Shown one piece after another: positions 21,263 through 31,222 of a stretch of 58,207 bases of DNA. The position numbers and the translations under genes were made by a program. Source of the DNA: Verrucomicrobiota bacterium (GTDB lineage Bacteria; Verrucomicrobiota; Verrucomicrobiia; Limisphaerales; CANJSG01). How positions within the stretch are numbered: position 1 is the stretch's first letter; every line of letters begins with the position of its first letter. The notes beneath the pieces were generated by a model that saw only the letters and a list, made by a program, of their open reading frames with translations, was not told where the DNA came from and ran no database searches. The DNA lies in contig JBBQXJ010000021.1 of NCBI GenBank assembly GCA_038209745.1, forward strand, positions 1-58,207. Reading direction: 5' to 3'.

Positions 21263-23219
21263 GGACGATGCCCGCGGGCGCGAAGTCCTGGCCGCGCTGC
21301 TGGCGCGCAGCGAATCCAGGCTGCTCTTCGCGGTGAACGGCCACGAGGCGCTGGCGTTGGCGCCGGAGGTGGTTCCGGACCTCGTGCTGCTCGACGTGAT
21401 GCTGCCGGATCTCGACGGGTTCGAGGTCTGCCGCCGCCTGCGCGACGATGCCCGCCTGGCCGAAGTGCCGGTCGTCATGATCACCGCGCTCGACGACCAG
21501 GAAAGCCGGTTGCGGGGTTTCGAGGCGGGCGCGGACGACTTCATCACCAAGCCCTACGACCGGCTCGAGCTCCAGGCCCGCGTGCGCTCGGTGCTTCGGT
21601 TGAACCGATTCCGCTGCCTCGTCCGGGAGCGGGAGAAGTTCGCGGAGCTCTTCAACTATTCACCCGACGGCCTCATCGTCGTCCATCTCGACGGCGGCGT
21701 GATGCTGGCCAATCCGCCGATGCGCGAGCTGCTCGCGGCCGACGGCGCTTCCATGATCCCGTCGCACATGGCCGACATGGTGCCCGAGTCCCGGCGCGAG
21801 GAGTTCATCGTCTGGCTGTCCAAGGTTTCCAGCGCGGCCGGGGACCACCTCTATCTCGAGACCGAATTCAGCGACGTGCAGCATCGCGCCTTTCCGGTGG
21901 AGCTCAGCGCGCGGCGCTTCCTGTGGGTGGACCAGCCGGCCATCCAGATCCACGTGCGCAACGTCTCCGATGAAAAGCTGATGGAGGCGAAGTTCCTCCG
22001 GGCCCAGAGACTGGAGAGCATCGGGACGCTCGCGGGAGGGATCGCCCACGACTTGAACAACGTCCTCACTCCGATCCTCGCATCCCTCCGCTTCTTGAAG
22101 GACGACCTGATCGACCATCCCTCCCGCCGCTGGGTCGAGCTCATGGAAACGAGCGCCCTCCGCGGCGCCGGCATCGTCCAGCAGATCCTCTCCTTCACCC
22201 GGGGCGGCGGTAACCGGCTGGAGCCACTGGACGTGAAATATCTTTTCGAGGAGATCCACCGGATCATCCGCGAGACCTTCCCCACCACGATCGACCTACG
22301 GTTCTCCGTGCAAAAGAACGCGGGCATGTTCCGGGGCGACGTGACCCAGATCCAGCAGGTGCTGATGAATCTCTGCGTCAACGCCCGCGACGCCATGTCC
22401 GACGGCGGGGTCTTGAAGGTCGAGGCGTCCCACCGTCACATCGACGCCATCCTCGCCACCCAGCTCCAGAACGCCGCCGCCGGCGACTACGTCGCCATCA
22501 CCGTCACGGACACCGGCTGCGGCATGCCGGTGGAAGTGAGGGAGCAGATGTTCGAGGCGTTCTACACCACCAAACCCGTCGGCAAAGGCACCGGCCTCGG
22601 CCTTTCCACCGTCCGCTCGATCGTGGACAGCCACGCCGGATTCATCTCCGTGGAGAGCGAGGTCGGCCGCGGCACCGCCTTCACCCTGCTGCTGCCGGCC
22701 CTGGCCATGGCGAATTCGAACCGACCGGTCCCGGACAGCGGGTCGAACGTTCCGCGCGGCGCCGGCGAACCCCTGCTCGTGGTGGAGGATGATCCGGCGA
22801 TCTCCGAGATCCTGAGAGGCACGCTCGAACGAACCGGCTACCAGGTGACCGTGGCCGGGGACGGGGCGGAAGCGGTGGCCATCTGTGCAAAGGAATCCGC
22901 GACCCTGCGCCTCGTGCTGGTGGATTCGACGTTGCCCGTCTTCAGCGGATTTCCGCTCATCCGGACGCTGCAGCGCCTCATGCCGCCGTCCGCCATTCTC
23001 GTGATGTGCGACAGCCTTACCCAGACCCGCCTCACCGAGCAGCTCGGCGGCGCCGGAGTCCGCTTTGTCGTGAAGCCGTTCTCGGCGGAGCACCTGCTGA
23101 ACACCATCGCCTCGGCGCTGCAGGATGCCCGGCTCACTCCCCAGGACCTGGAGAATCCGGCGCAGGAGTTTCCTGCGCGGCTGCTCGAGCCTGTCGGTGC
23201 CAGACATAGCGCGACATGA
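21231..23219 (+). CDS. Hybrid sensor histidine kinase (REC-PAS-HisKA-HATPase-REC)
   Basis: GGIAHDLNNVL, NLCVNARDAM, FYTTK..GKGTGLGL and two receiver domains. Confidence 0.93.
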   Translation: MEYTPKILIVEDDARGREVLAALLARSESRLLFAVNGHEALALAPEVVPDLVLLDVMLPDLDGFEVCRRLRDDARLAEVPVVMITALDDQESRLRGFEAGADDFITKPYDRLELQARVRSVLRLNRFRCLVREREKFAELFNYSPDGLIVVHLDGGVMLANPPMRELLAADGASMIPSHMADMVPESRREEFIVWLSKVSSAAGDHLYLETEFSDVQHRAFPVELSARRFLWVDQPAIQIHVRNVSDEKLMEAKFLRAQRLESIGTLAGGIAHDLNNVLTPILASLRFLKDDLIDHPSRRWVELMETSALRGAGIVQQILSFTRGGGNRLEPLDVKYLFEEIHRIIRETFPTTIDLRFSVQKNAGMFRGDVTQIQQVLMNLCVNARDAMSDGGVLKVEASHRHIDAILATQLQNAAAGDYVAITVTDTGCGMPVEVREQMFEAFYTTKPVGKGTGLGLSTVRSIVDSHAGFISVESEVGRGTAFTLLLPALAMANSNRPVPDSGSNVPRGAGEPLLVVEDDPAISEILRGTLERTGYQVTVAGDGAEAVAICAKESATLRLVLVDSTLPVFSGFPLIRTLQRLMPPSAILVMCDSLTQTRLTEQLGGAGVRFVVKPFSAEHLLNTIASALQDARLTPQDLENPAQEFPARLLEPVGARHSAT

Positions 23220-24453
23220 TCGCGCGCAGCGCGGCCGTGAAAGGAATGGCCAGCACGCCGCCGAGGATTCCTCCCAGCAGAGTCGTCCCCACGACCACCG
23301 CGATGATGATGGTCAAAGGATGGAGCCCCACGCGGTCCCCGATGATCTTGGGGGAGATGACGAATCCCTCCAGCGCGTTCACCACTCCGAAGAGCACCGG
23401 CACGACCGCCACCCGCCAATCGCCGAACTGGACCGCCGCCAGGATGATCGCCGGGACCAGGCTCATGGCCACGCCGAGGTAGGGGATGATCCCGAGGATC
23501 CCGGCCATCACCCCGAGCAGGAGCGCGTAGTTCAGGCCGAGCGCGAAGAACCCGGTCGTCAGCAGGATGCCCGAACACATGGCCACCAGCACCTGGCCAC
23601 GGAAGAAGACGATCAGGCTGTCGTTCACCGAGGTGAGGACGAAGATCAGCTCCTCTTTCAACCGTCCCTCGGGCAACGGCAGGTAGGTGGTCCATCCCTT
23701 TTGAATGCCCTTCTTCTCCATCAGAAAATAGAAGGCGTAGATGGGCACGAGAGCGAGACCGAGGATCCAGCCAAGCACGCCCGCCGCCTGCTTCAGCCGG
23801 GCGAGGAGCCACTGTCCCACGTCGGGCAGGACGGCGCCGACCTTCTGCACGAACACCTGCGCCACCTCCCGGGCCAGCTTCAGATCCGAGCCTCCTTGTG
23901 GGGAAGATCCCGCGGGAATCCCGACCGCGTGGGTCGAGGCCCCGCCCAACCGGTTGGTTCCGGAAACGACGGCCACGGCATTGGATGCCCCGCTCGCGGC
24001 CGGAGCGTTCGTCGCGAGGCTCTGTTCGACCTCGGCATAGAAGCGCCACAGCGGCTCCAGCCGCTGGAACGTCCGGGTCTTCTCCGCCTTCTCGATGATG
24101 TTCTTCGTGTAGGCCGGGGTCGCATCGATCAGCGCGCCCGTCTCCACCACCAGGCGCGGAACCACCGTCGCGAGCATCGCAAGGATGAACATCACCCCGA
24201 CGAAGAAGACGAAAATGATGGCCCTTGTCCGGGGAACCTTCTTCGTTTGGAGCCAGTCCACCAACGGATCCAGCAGAACGGCCAGGACGCCGGCGATGGC
24301 CAGCGGCAGCAGAACGGGACTCATCGTGTGCAGGAACCAGCCCAACCCGAGGATGCAGCAGAAGATGAACGCCCCGACCGCTCCGACGGCCAACGTCGCC
24401 AAGCCGAACCAGATGATCCGCGCCTGCGTCTTGGATGGGCCCGGGAAGTCCAT
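23134..24453 (-). CDS. AI-2E (PerM) family transporter
   Basis: Multi-TM protein with FFRGQVLV, IPYLG and PKIIGDRVGLHP motifs. Confidence 0.92.
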   Translation of the reverse strand: MDFPGPSKTQARIIWFGLATLAVGAVGAFIFCCILGLGWFLHTMSPVLLPLAIAGVLAVLLDPLVDWLQTKKVPRTRAIIFVFFVGVMFILAMLATVVPRLVVETGALIDATPAYTKNIIEKAEKTRTFQRLEPLWRFYAEVEQSLATNAPAASGASNAVAVVSGTNRLGGASTHAVGIPAGSSPQGGSDLKLAREVAQVFVQKVGAVLPDVGQWLLARLKQAAGVLGWILGLALVPIYAFYFLMEKKGIQKGWTTYLPLPEGRLKEELIFVLTSVNDSLIVFFRGQVLVAMCSGILLTTGFFALGLNYALLLGVMAGILGIIPYLGVAMSLVPAIILAAVQFGDWRVAVVPVLFGVVNALEGFVISPKIIGDRVGLHPLTIIIAVVVGTTLLGGILGGVLAIPFTAALRAIMSRYVWHRQARAAAQETPAPDSPGPGE

Positions 24454-24455
24454 CG

Positions 24456-25268
24456 CTATTGGCCGAGTTGCTTCGACTTGGCGGCCGCGGCCCGCACGGC
24501 GTTCATCAACGCCGCCCGCACCCCGCCCTTCTCCATCTCGTGCAGCCCCTCGATCGTCGTGCCGCCCGGGCTGGTGACCATGTCCTTGAGCGCCCCGGGA
24601 TGGACGCCGGTTTCCATTACCATCTTCGCGGCTCCCAACAGCGTCTGCGCCGCGAGCTTCGTGGCGATGTCGCGCGGCAATCCAGCCGCGACCCCACCGT
24701 CGCTCAACGCCTCGATCATCTGGAAGACGTAGGCCGGCCCGCTGCCACTCAGCCCGGTGACGGCGTCCAACAGCTTTTCCTTCACCTCGAAGGCGATGCC
24801 CACGGCGGACAAGAGCATTCCGGCCAGCCGCAGGTCTTCCGGCGTCGCCTTGGAACCGCCCGCATAGCCCGAGGCTCCCGCGCCGACCAACGCGGGCGTG
24901 TTCGGCATCACGCGGATGACGCGCGCTCCGGGCGAAAGTCCGGCTTCGAGCTTCTCCAGCGTGATCCCGGCGGCGATGGAGATGAGCAGATGATCCGCCG
25001 TGAACGCGGGCTTGATCTCGGCCAGGACAGCGGACACTTGGTCCGGCTTGACCGCGAGCACGAGGACGTTGGCGGAGAAGGCGACCTCGAGATTGGTCGG
25101 GAAGGCGCGGCCGCCAGTGTCCTTGGTGAAGGATTCACGGGCGCCCGGATACACGTCGCTGGCGAAGAGCGCGGCGGGCTCGACGACCTTCTGCGCGACC
25201 AGCCCCTTGGCGAGCGCACCGGCCATCTTGCCGGCTCCGAGAAATCCGAGTGTCAGGTTGGCGGACAT
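24456..25268 (-). CDS. proC: Pyrroline-5-carboxylate reductase
   Basis: GFLGAGKMA, LAVKP, RVMPNTP, SGSGPAY and SPGGTT motifs; start set at the ATG at 25268. Confidence 0.97.
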   Translation of the reverse strand: MSANLTLGFLGAGKMAGALAKGLVAQKVVEPAALFASDVYPGARESFTKDTGGRAFPTNLEVAFSANVLVLAVKPDQVSAVLAEIKPAFTADHLLISIAAGITLEKLEAGLSPGARVIRVMPNTPALVGAGASGYAGGSKATPEDLRLAGMLLSAVGIAFEVKEKLLDAVTGLSGSGPAYVFQMIEALSDGGVAAGLPRDIATKLAAQTLLGAAKMVMETGVHPGALKDMVTSPGGTTIEGLHEMEKGGVRAALMNAVRAAAAKSKQLGQ

Positions 25269-25438
25269 GGTGCGCGTTGTAGCAGGCACCCCGCGAAGCG
25301 ACAACGGAATAGGCGGTGGCGAAACCCGCGCCGTTTCGAACCGGCCGCCTTCGTTGGCCGGGCATCCCCGCCCGGTAAGTTCGCCAGGACGCAAGGAGGT
25401 TGACCGGAAGAGCAACACTCGTCGGCCACGGCAATCCA

Positions 25439-26185
25439 CTACGCCCGCTTCCGGTTATGGGCGTCCCGGGAGTATTTCAAGACGGACAATTCCTCGATCC
25501 GTTCGAGGAACGGACCCGTCGGAGCCAAGACCCGGCCCGGGCCGCCGAACATCGCCGCGCCCACCGCCAGCATGGCCTTTTGCCAAGCGGCGCGCTCCAA
25601 GCCGATCGGCGGCGGCTGGACCGAGCCCTGGATGAGCAGCCCCAGCTTGTTCCGTCGCTGGGCGGCCCCGGCGATCTTGCGTCCGTGCCAGAGCAGATCG
25701 TGCTTCTCCGCGCCGATGAAACACTGGCCCGGAGCGTCCTTCACGCAGCAGGCCGACAAGGCGGTCTCGACGCCCAACCGTTCGAACCCTCCCCGCAGCC
25801 ATTCGTGGATTCCGCGATAGCTCTCCTCCGCCGACCGCCCATACCAAGCGTGGCCGGGCGGCACGGCGAAGCTGTAGGTCCAGTCGCGGTCATGGGGCAC
25901 GAAGCCGCCGCCCGTGCAGCGCCGGATCAAGGGCCGCAGCCCGGTCACGGCTTCCACTTCCGAAATGCGCTGTGAATAGCCGAAGGTGCCCGCGGGTTCC
26001 GTCCATCCGTAGAAGCGCAGCACGGGCGCACCATGCGTGGCGGCGGATTCCAGCAACGCCTCGTCCACGGCCATGTTGCGCGCGGGCGCACCCGGGCCGG
26101 AGTCGTGGTGGAACCAGGTTGAGGGAGTGTCGGACATCGCGAGCACAGTCCGAGCAGAAGACCAAGGGGCAAGCCGCTTCGGCAA
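25439..26185 (-). CDS. Lipoate--protein ligase / octanoyltransferase (LplA/LipM-like)
   Basis: NMAVDEALL, LRFYGW, RRCTGGG and RKIAGAAQRR motifs. An alternative start lies at 26137. Confidence 0.88.
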   Translation of the reverse strand: MPKRLAPWSSARTVLAMSDTPSTWFHHDSGPGAPARNMAVDEALLESAATHGAPVLRFYGWTEPAGTFGYSQRISEVEAVTGLRPLIRRCTGGGFVPHDRDWTYSFAVPPGHAWYGRSAEESYRGIHEWLRGGFERLGVETALSACCVKDAPGQCFIGAEKHDLLWHGRKIAGAAQRRNKLGLLIQGSVQPPPIGLERAAWQKAMLAVGAAMFGGPGRVLAPTGPFLERIEELSVLKYSRDAHNRKRA

Positions 26186-26836
26186 TCATTTCTCCGCCGA
26201 CGGACACAGCTCCCGCAGTTCGCAGGCGGCGCAAGCGGGTTTCCGGGCGAAGCACCGGCGCCGTCCGTGCCAGATGAGCCAGTGGCTGAACCGCGCCCAG
26301 TCGTCCTGCGGCACGAGCTTCATCAACGCCGGCTCGATCTTCACCGGATCGGTCTCCTTCGTCAGTCCCAGCCGTTGGGCCAGACGCGCGACATGGGTGT
26401 CCACCACCACGCCGACATTGAGGCCGAAGGCGTTTCCGAGAACGACGTTCGCGGTCTTCCGGCCCACGCCGTCGAGGGCGGTCAATTCGCCCATCGTCTC
26501 CGGCACTTCGCCGGCGTGGTGTTCGATCAGCTTGCGGCAGGCGGCCTGGATGTTCTTCGCCTTGTTGCGATAGAGGCCGATGCGGCGGACGTCCTGCTCC
26601 AGTTCCGCCAAGGGCGCCCGCGCGAAGTCCCCGACGGATCGGTATTTCCGGAACAGGTCGGCGGTGACGATGTTGACCTGCTTGTCGGTGCACTGGGCGG
26701 AGAGGATCGTGGCGATCAACAGCTCCAGCGGATTGGAGTGGTCCAGCTCGCAATGGGCGTTGGGGTAGGCGGCCTTCAGCCCGGCGATGACCTGGCCGGT
26801 TCTTTCGAGCTTCGCGGCGATGGTTTCGCGGGGCAT
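26186..26836 (-). CDS. nth: Endonuclease III
   Basis: LSAQCTD, GVGRKTANVVL, VDTHV and the C-x6-C-x2-C-x5-C 4Fe-4S motif. Confidence 0.97.
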   Translation of the reverse strand: MPRETIAAKLERTGQVIAGLKAAYPNAHCELDHSNPLELLIATILSAQCTDKQVNIVTADLFRKYRSVGDFARAPLAELEQDVRRIGLYRNKAKNIQAACRKLIEHHAGEVPETMGELTALDGVGRKTANVVLGNAFGLNVGVVVDTHVARLAQRLGLTKETDPVKIEPALMKLVPQDDWARFSHWLIWHGRRRCFARKPACAACELRELCPSAEK

Positions 26837-26894
26837 TCGGCGGAACCATTCCCAAGCCGAAGGATCGAGGCAATCTCGGGAGCGCTTTTCCCTC

Positions 26895-28748
26895 TCAGCG
26901 CGACGGCGAAGCGGCGGCGACCCGCGATCCGGCCTCGAACCGCGCATCCGTCAGCGTTTTCAAGAACGCCACCAGCGCGGCTTTGTCGTCGTCGCCGAAG
27001 GGCACGCCGCCGGCCGGGTGTTTCGCGAGGTTCGGATCGAGGCTCGCCGAAGGCTTCACGCCGGAGCGGTAGTGTTCGACCGCCTCCTCCAGCGTCTTGA
27101 ACCGGCCGTCGTGCATGTAGGGCGCGGTCACGGCGACGTTGCGCAACGAAGGCACGGCGAACTTCCCACGATCCCCTTCACGCCCGCTCACCGCGGAGCG
27201 ACCCGCGTCCGCCGCCGCTTCGTCCAGGCCGTTGTTCGCGAAGCCCTGGCTTTGGAAGAGCGCGCCGCCGTGGCAGTGGAAGCAGTCCGCCCCGAACTGC
27301 CCGCGACGCGGATCGTATTCCGTGTGGAACAGCTCGAAGCCGCGCCGTTCGGCTGGAGCAAGCGCGCCTTCGCCCCGCTGCACCCGATCGAACTTGGAGT
27401 CGAACGAGGTCTGCACGAGGAGGAACTGTTCCAGCGCGCGGGCGACGCGGTCCGGCGTGATGTCCGGCGAACCAAAGGCAGCGGCGAAGCGGGCGGGATA
27501 GCTGGCATCCGATGGCTGTTGACGGATGCCCGATGCCCGATGTTCGAAGCCGGATGCCTGGAGTTTTGCGGCCACATTGGCCAGCGATTCGTGCATCTCG
27601 ATCGGGTTCTGGATGGGCTGGAGCACCTGGTCGCGGAGCGTGGGCGCGCGGCCGTCCCAGAAGAACGAACGCTTCCAGGCAAGGTTCAGCAACGGCATCG
27701 CGTTGCGCGTTCCTTTGATCCCCTCGGCTCCCGTGCTGACCGTCTGGTTCTCGCTGAAGGCGCGATCGGCTTGATGACAGGAAGCGCAGGACTGCCGGCT
27801 GTTGATCGAGAGCAACGGTTCAGCAAAGAGCCGTCGGCCCAACGCCACGCCCTCTTCGGTCAAGGGATTGTCCGCCGGCAAGGACGGCAACGGAACGTAG
27901 TCCGGAATCGTCAGCGGATACGGCGTCGCATTCGGAGCGACCACGGGGGGACTCGCGGACGAAGGTTCCTTGCGGCTCATCGATCCAGGACCCCGCACCT
28001 CGAGAACGGCGAATGAAGCCATCACGTTCTTCCGGAGCCGGTCGGCCAACACGTCGCCAACCCGCGAATGGGTGGATGCGCTCTCGTCCGCGAGGTCGAT
28101 CCGGTTCGGAGCCGAGAACAGGCGATCCGTCCGGAGGACCAAGGCCACTTCGCGGTCGCCGGTCAAATCGAGCGTCAACGGCAGCTCGACCGGCATGAGC
28201 ATCCGGTCGGTGGCCAAGTGGTAGGAGTAGCCGCCGGTGCTTCCATCGGGCTTCCGCCAGCCACCCTCCAACGCGAGGAAAACGTAGCCGCCCTGCCAGC
28301 TCCAGTGCAGTCCGTTGACATTGGGATTGAGCGGGTCATCCGCAGCGAGGCCGCCGGGATTCGCGTGGTTCTCTTGGGCCGGCAGTCCGACGTTGAAGCG
28401 GAGGCGATCGTAGGAGCCGGACGGAATTCCGGTCAGCTCGAACCGGGTCCGGCCCTCGCGGCCGCTGATGAACGCGAACCGATTGGATGAGTAGCTCCAG
28501 CGGCCGTCGATTCCACGAAGGGCCAACCCTGAGAACAATAGGTCGAGCCGCGTCACCGAGATCCGCTGGCCCGAGGCGAGCACGTGGGTCAACGCATCGA
28601 ACCGCAGAGGCGCGTTGGAGAACCTTGCTTCGATCGATACGCCGACCCGGGGAGCCGCTGCGAAGCCAATGGTCGCCCAACCCAGACAGGCGGACCACGC
28701 CAGAGCCATGTTGAACCAGCGACCCGGTCCCTGCTTGGAGACGCTCAT
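26895..28748 (-). CDS. MbnP-like domain fused to MbnH/MauG-like di-heme cytochrome c peroxidase
   Basis: Signal peptide; LHWSWQGGYVF (MbnP WxW); LGRRLF, SCASCH, FWDGR, CFHCH and PSLRNV..TAPYMHDG. Confidence 0.88.
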   Translation of the reverse strand: MSVSKQGPGRWFNMALAWSACLGWATIGFAAAPRVGVSIEARFSNAPLRFDALTHVLASGQRISVTRLDLLFSGLALRGIDGRWSYSSNRFAFISGREGRTRFELTGIPSGSYDRLRFNVGLPAQENHANPGGLAADDPLNPNVNGLHWSWQGGYVFLALEGGWRKPDGSTGGYSYHLATDRMLMPVELPLTLDLTGDREVALVLRTDRLFSAPNRIDLADESASTHSRVGDVLADRLRKNVMASFAVLEVRGPGSMSRKEPSSASPPVVAPNATPYPLTIPDYVPLPSLPADNPLTEEGVALGRRLFAEPLLSINSRQSCASCHQADRAFSENQTVSTGAEGIKGTRNAMPLLNLAWKRSFFWDGRAPTLRDQVLQPIQNPIEMHESLANVAAKLQASGFEHRASGIRQQPSDASYPARFAAAFGSPDITPDRVARALEQFLLVQTSFDSKFDRVQRGEGALAPAERRGFELFHTEYDPRRGQFGADCFHCHGGALFQSQGFANNGLDEAAADAGRSAVSGREGDRGKFAVPSLRNVAVTAPYMHDGRFKTLEEAVEHYRSGVKPSASLDPNLAKHPAGGVPFGDDDKAALVAFLKTLTDARFEAGSRVAAASPSR

Positions 28749-28774
28749 GGTTGTTCCGTCCCGGGGGGATCGTG

Positions 28775-29401
28775 TCACTTGCCGTGGGTCGGCGTGATGG
28801 TGATGGCGGAAACCGCGCCGTTTCGTTCGAGAACCTTGCCGAAAGAAAGCCGTGCGTTGGCCGTGGCGCCTTTGACCCCCGGCACGGAGACGATCGGCGC
28901 GGAACTGTAGCCGTAGCCGCCGTCGACGACTTCATAGCCGATGACCGAGCCGTCCTTCACCAGGGCGTTCGCGCTGGCCGGTTCCACCTTCCAGAGACCA
29001 CCGCGCCCAGGCGGGTAGCGGTAGAAGTTCGAGACCTCGTCGAGGCGGTCGTTGGTGACGCCATGTCTACCGAGGGCTTGCAGCAACACCGATTTGTTTT
29101 GCCGCGCCTCGGCTTCCGTCGGTCCGCCGCGCCCAGGCCCGGCCGGTTGCACGCGGCGGAAGGCTTCCCGGAAGACCTCGGGCTTCACGCCCAACGCGGC
29201 GGCGATCAGCACCACCGGCCGACCACGATCCACGGCGACGGTTTCATGTCCACCGGAGAAGACCACGGTCACCCGCGTGACGCCTTCCGGGAGCGGTTTG
29301 ACTTCGGCATGGGCGGATCCGTCGGCGGCGAAGAGCGGAGTGCAGGCTAAGGCGGCCGCGATCAAAACCTGGCGAGCGAGCGAGAGGAGGAGAGTTTTCA
29401 T
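28775..29401 (-). CDS. Secreted hypothetical protein
   Basis: Signal peptide; 208 aa; lies in the operon between the YHYH gene and the MbnPH fusion. Confidence 0.75.
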   Translation of the reverse strand: MKTLLLSLARQVLIAAALACTPLFAADGSAHAEVKPLPEGVTRVTVVFSGGHETVAVDRGRPVVLIAAALGVKPEVFREAFRRVQPAGPGRGGPTEAEARQNKSVLLQALGRHGVTNDRLDEVSNFYRYPPGRGGLWKVEPASANALVKDGSVIGYEVVDGGYGYSSAPIVSVPGVKGATANARLSFGKVLERNGAVSAITITPTHGK

Positions 29402-29431
29402 GGGAGGTGCGTTTGCGACGATGTGTCGGGA

Positions 29432-31222
29432 TCAAAAGACGGTGACTCCGCCGGCCAAGGTGTAGGTCTCGGTCGCGGCGGGGTTCTCCGGTGGCCCCGG
29501 AAACTTGACGGAGACATCCAGCGTTCCGACGGCTGTCCCGGCAGGAAGGGCAATGCTGCTGGTGACGCTCGTCTGGCTGACGTGGAAGTTGCCGGTGCCG
29601 GTGATCGTGCCGACCGTGACACCGAGAATCGGGGCCATCGCCGGCGGCGCGGTGTTCGGCAGGGTGACAGTCAAGGTGAAGGTCGTGCCGCGCGCCGCGG
29701 TCGTCGGAGAGACTCTCACAATGGCGCCGCCATCGCCGCCGCCAGTCGTGGTGGTCCCGGTCGCGGGATCGTAGGTCGCCAGCGACGTGCGGGCGACGCG
29801 GTAGAAGCCGGAGCCGTCGGGGGCGGCTCCCGTGTAGGCGGCGGTGTCGAGCGTCGCGGAAACATCGGTCGCATTGGTTTTCCAGCCGCCGAAGTCGGGG
29901 GTGGATTCCACGCGGTATCTACCCCCTTCGGTCGCGCTCCACGTGAGCGTGACCCTGCCGTTGCCAACCGAGGGCGGGCCGAGCGTCGGCGCCGACACCG
30001 GACCGCCGACAAAATTGGTGGCGACCGTTTCGGATGGCGTGCCCACCGCTCCGCCTGTCGGCGTGCCAAAGAAGCTGCGGCCGATGTTGTAGGGATAGGC
30101 GGGCGAACCATCGCTGTTGATCGCGACGAAGTAGGCCCAGGTGCCCTTCGGAAATTCCGGGGTGACGCACCAGCGGGTGTTCCATTCGTTCAGGTCGAAG
30201 TCCACGCCCTGGGTGTAGCCGAGGTCGCCGAGATAGTCCTTGTCCTCCATGTAGCGGCCGAGCGGATAGGTCGTGCTGACGGCCGGGCCGGCTTGGACAT
30301 TTGTCGCGGTGCCATAGGCGCGCGCCGCCCATTTCGGGATGCTGCTGCGTCCCGAGGCGGTCAGGTTCTGGGTGCCGTATTGGCCGTCGCGCAACACATA
30401 GCCGCCCACCATGCGGCGCAGACCGCTGTTGGCATTGGTGGCGCTCGAGTGGCCATACGGGCCGTAGATCGGGAACCCGTCGGCCATCCAGCCGAGGATG
30501 GGCGAGTGTTTGGTCACCGGCTCGGCGCTCTCGGTGTAGATCTTCGTCGCGGAATTGAAGTCGACATGATCGCCCAGCAGATACCGCAGGGCGATGGGGT
30601 TGGCGTGGTAGTGATGCTGACCGCTGCCCGGCTGATGGGCATTGGCCGGATCGAAGGTGACGCCTTCGTTGATGTAGGCGTCGCGATACCAGTAGCCCGT
30701 GCCGCCCATCTGGCTTTCGGCGCTGCCCGTCCATTTGGCGCCATCCTGGGTGTCGAACAAAGCCACCCCGTCCACCGAGTAGCCGATGGCGCCCAACGAG
30801 GTCAGGGTATGGGTGCCGTTGGTGGCCGGGGAGCGAGGGATGCGGTAGAGCGCCTTCTGGTTGACGGGCCAACCGGGGAAGGCCTGCGTGTGGGCGGCGT
30901 TCAGATACCACGGCCCCATCGTGTGGAGGCCCAAACCGGTGGTGCGGACGTAGAGCCAGTTGGGGGAGGAATAGATTTCCTGGACGCCGACATAGGCGGG
31001 CAGCGCCTGGATGGTCGTGCCGTTGGTCCAAGTGGTCCGGGAAACCCCGTTGGTGCGGGCGGTGTCGCTTTCATAGATGCGGGCGTATCGGCCCGAGTGG
31101 CGGGTCATCCATGAATCCACCTGGGGATCGGCGGCTCGGACCGCCGAGGCGACGGAGAGGGCGAGGGAAAGAACCAGTCCGGCAAAGGTGCGGGAGATGA
31201 TGGGCGCGTTCATGCGAGCCAT
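29432..31222 (-). CDS. Secreted YHYH-domain protein
   Basis: AIGYSVDGV, HHYHANP, HSPILGWMADGFPIYGPYG, DLNEWNTR and TPEFP.GTWAYF motifs. Confidence 0.88.
   Translation of the reverse strand: MARMNAPIISRTFAGLVLSLALSVASAVRAADPQVDSWMTRHSGRYARIYESDTARTNGVSRTTWTNGTTIQALPAYVGVQEIYSSPNWLYVRTTGLGLHTMGPWYLNAAHTQAFPGWPVNQKALYRIPRSPATNGTHTLTSLGAIGYSVDGVALFDTQDGAKWTGSAESQMGGTGYWYRDAYINEGVTFDPANAHQPGSGQHHYHANPIALRYLLGDHVDFNSATKIYTESAEPVTKHSPILGWMADGFPIYGPYGHSSATNANSGLRRMVGGYVLRDGQYGTQNLTASGRSSIPKWAARAYGTATNVQAGPAVSTTYPLGRYMEDKDYLGDLGYTQGVDFDLNEWNTRWCVTPEFPKGTWAYFVAINSDGSPAYPYNIGRSFFGTPTGGAVGTPSETVATNFVGGPVSAPTLGPPSVGNGRVTLTWSATEGGRYRVESTPDFGGWKTNATDVSATLDTAAYTGAAPDGSGFYRVARTSLATYDPATGTTTTGGGDGGAIVRVSPTTAARGTTFTLTVTLPNTAPPAMAPILGVTVGTITGTGNFHVSQTSVTSSIALPAGTAVGTLDVSVKFPGPPENPAATETYTLAGGVTVF

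Noticed and set aside
23134..23219. 86-bp convergent overlap of the kinase and AI-2E genes
   Set aside because: It involves only unconserved C-terminal tails, which is common in GC-rich genomes.
26895..28748. Methanobactin biosynthetic cluster
   Set aside because: No mbnA/B/C-like genes; MbnPH-like genes occur widely without them.
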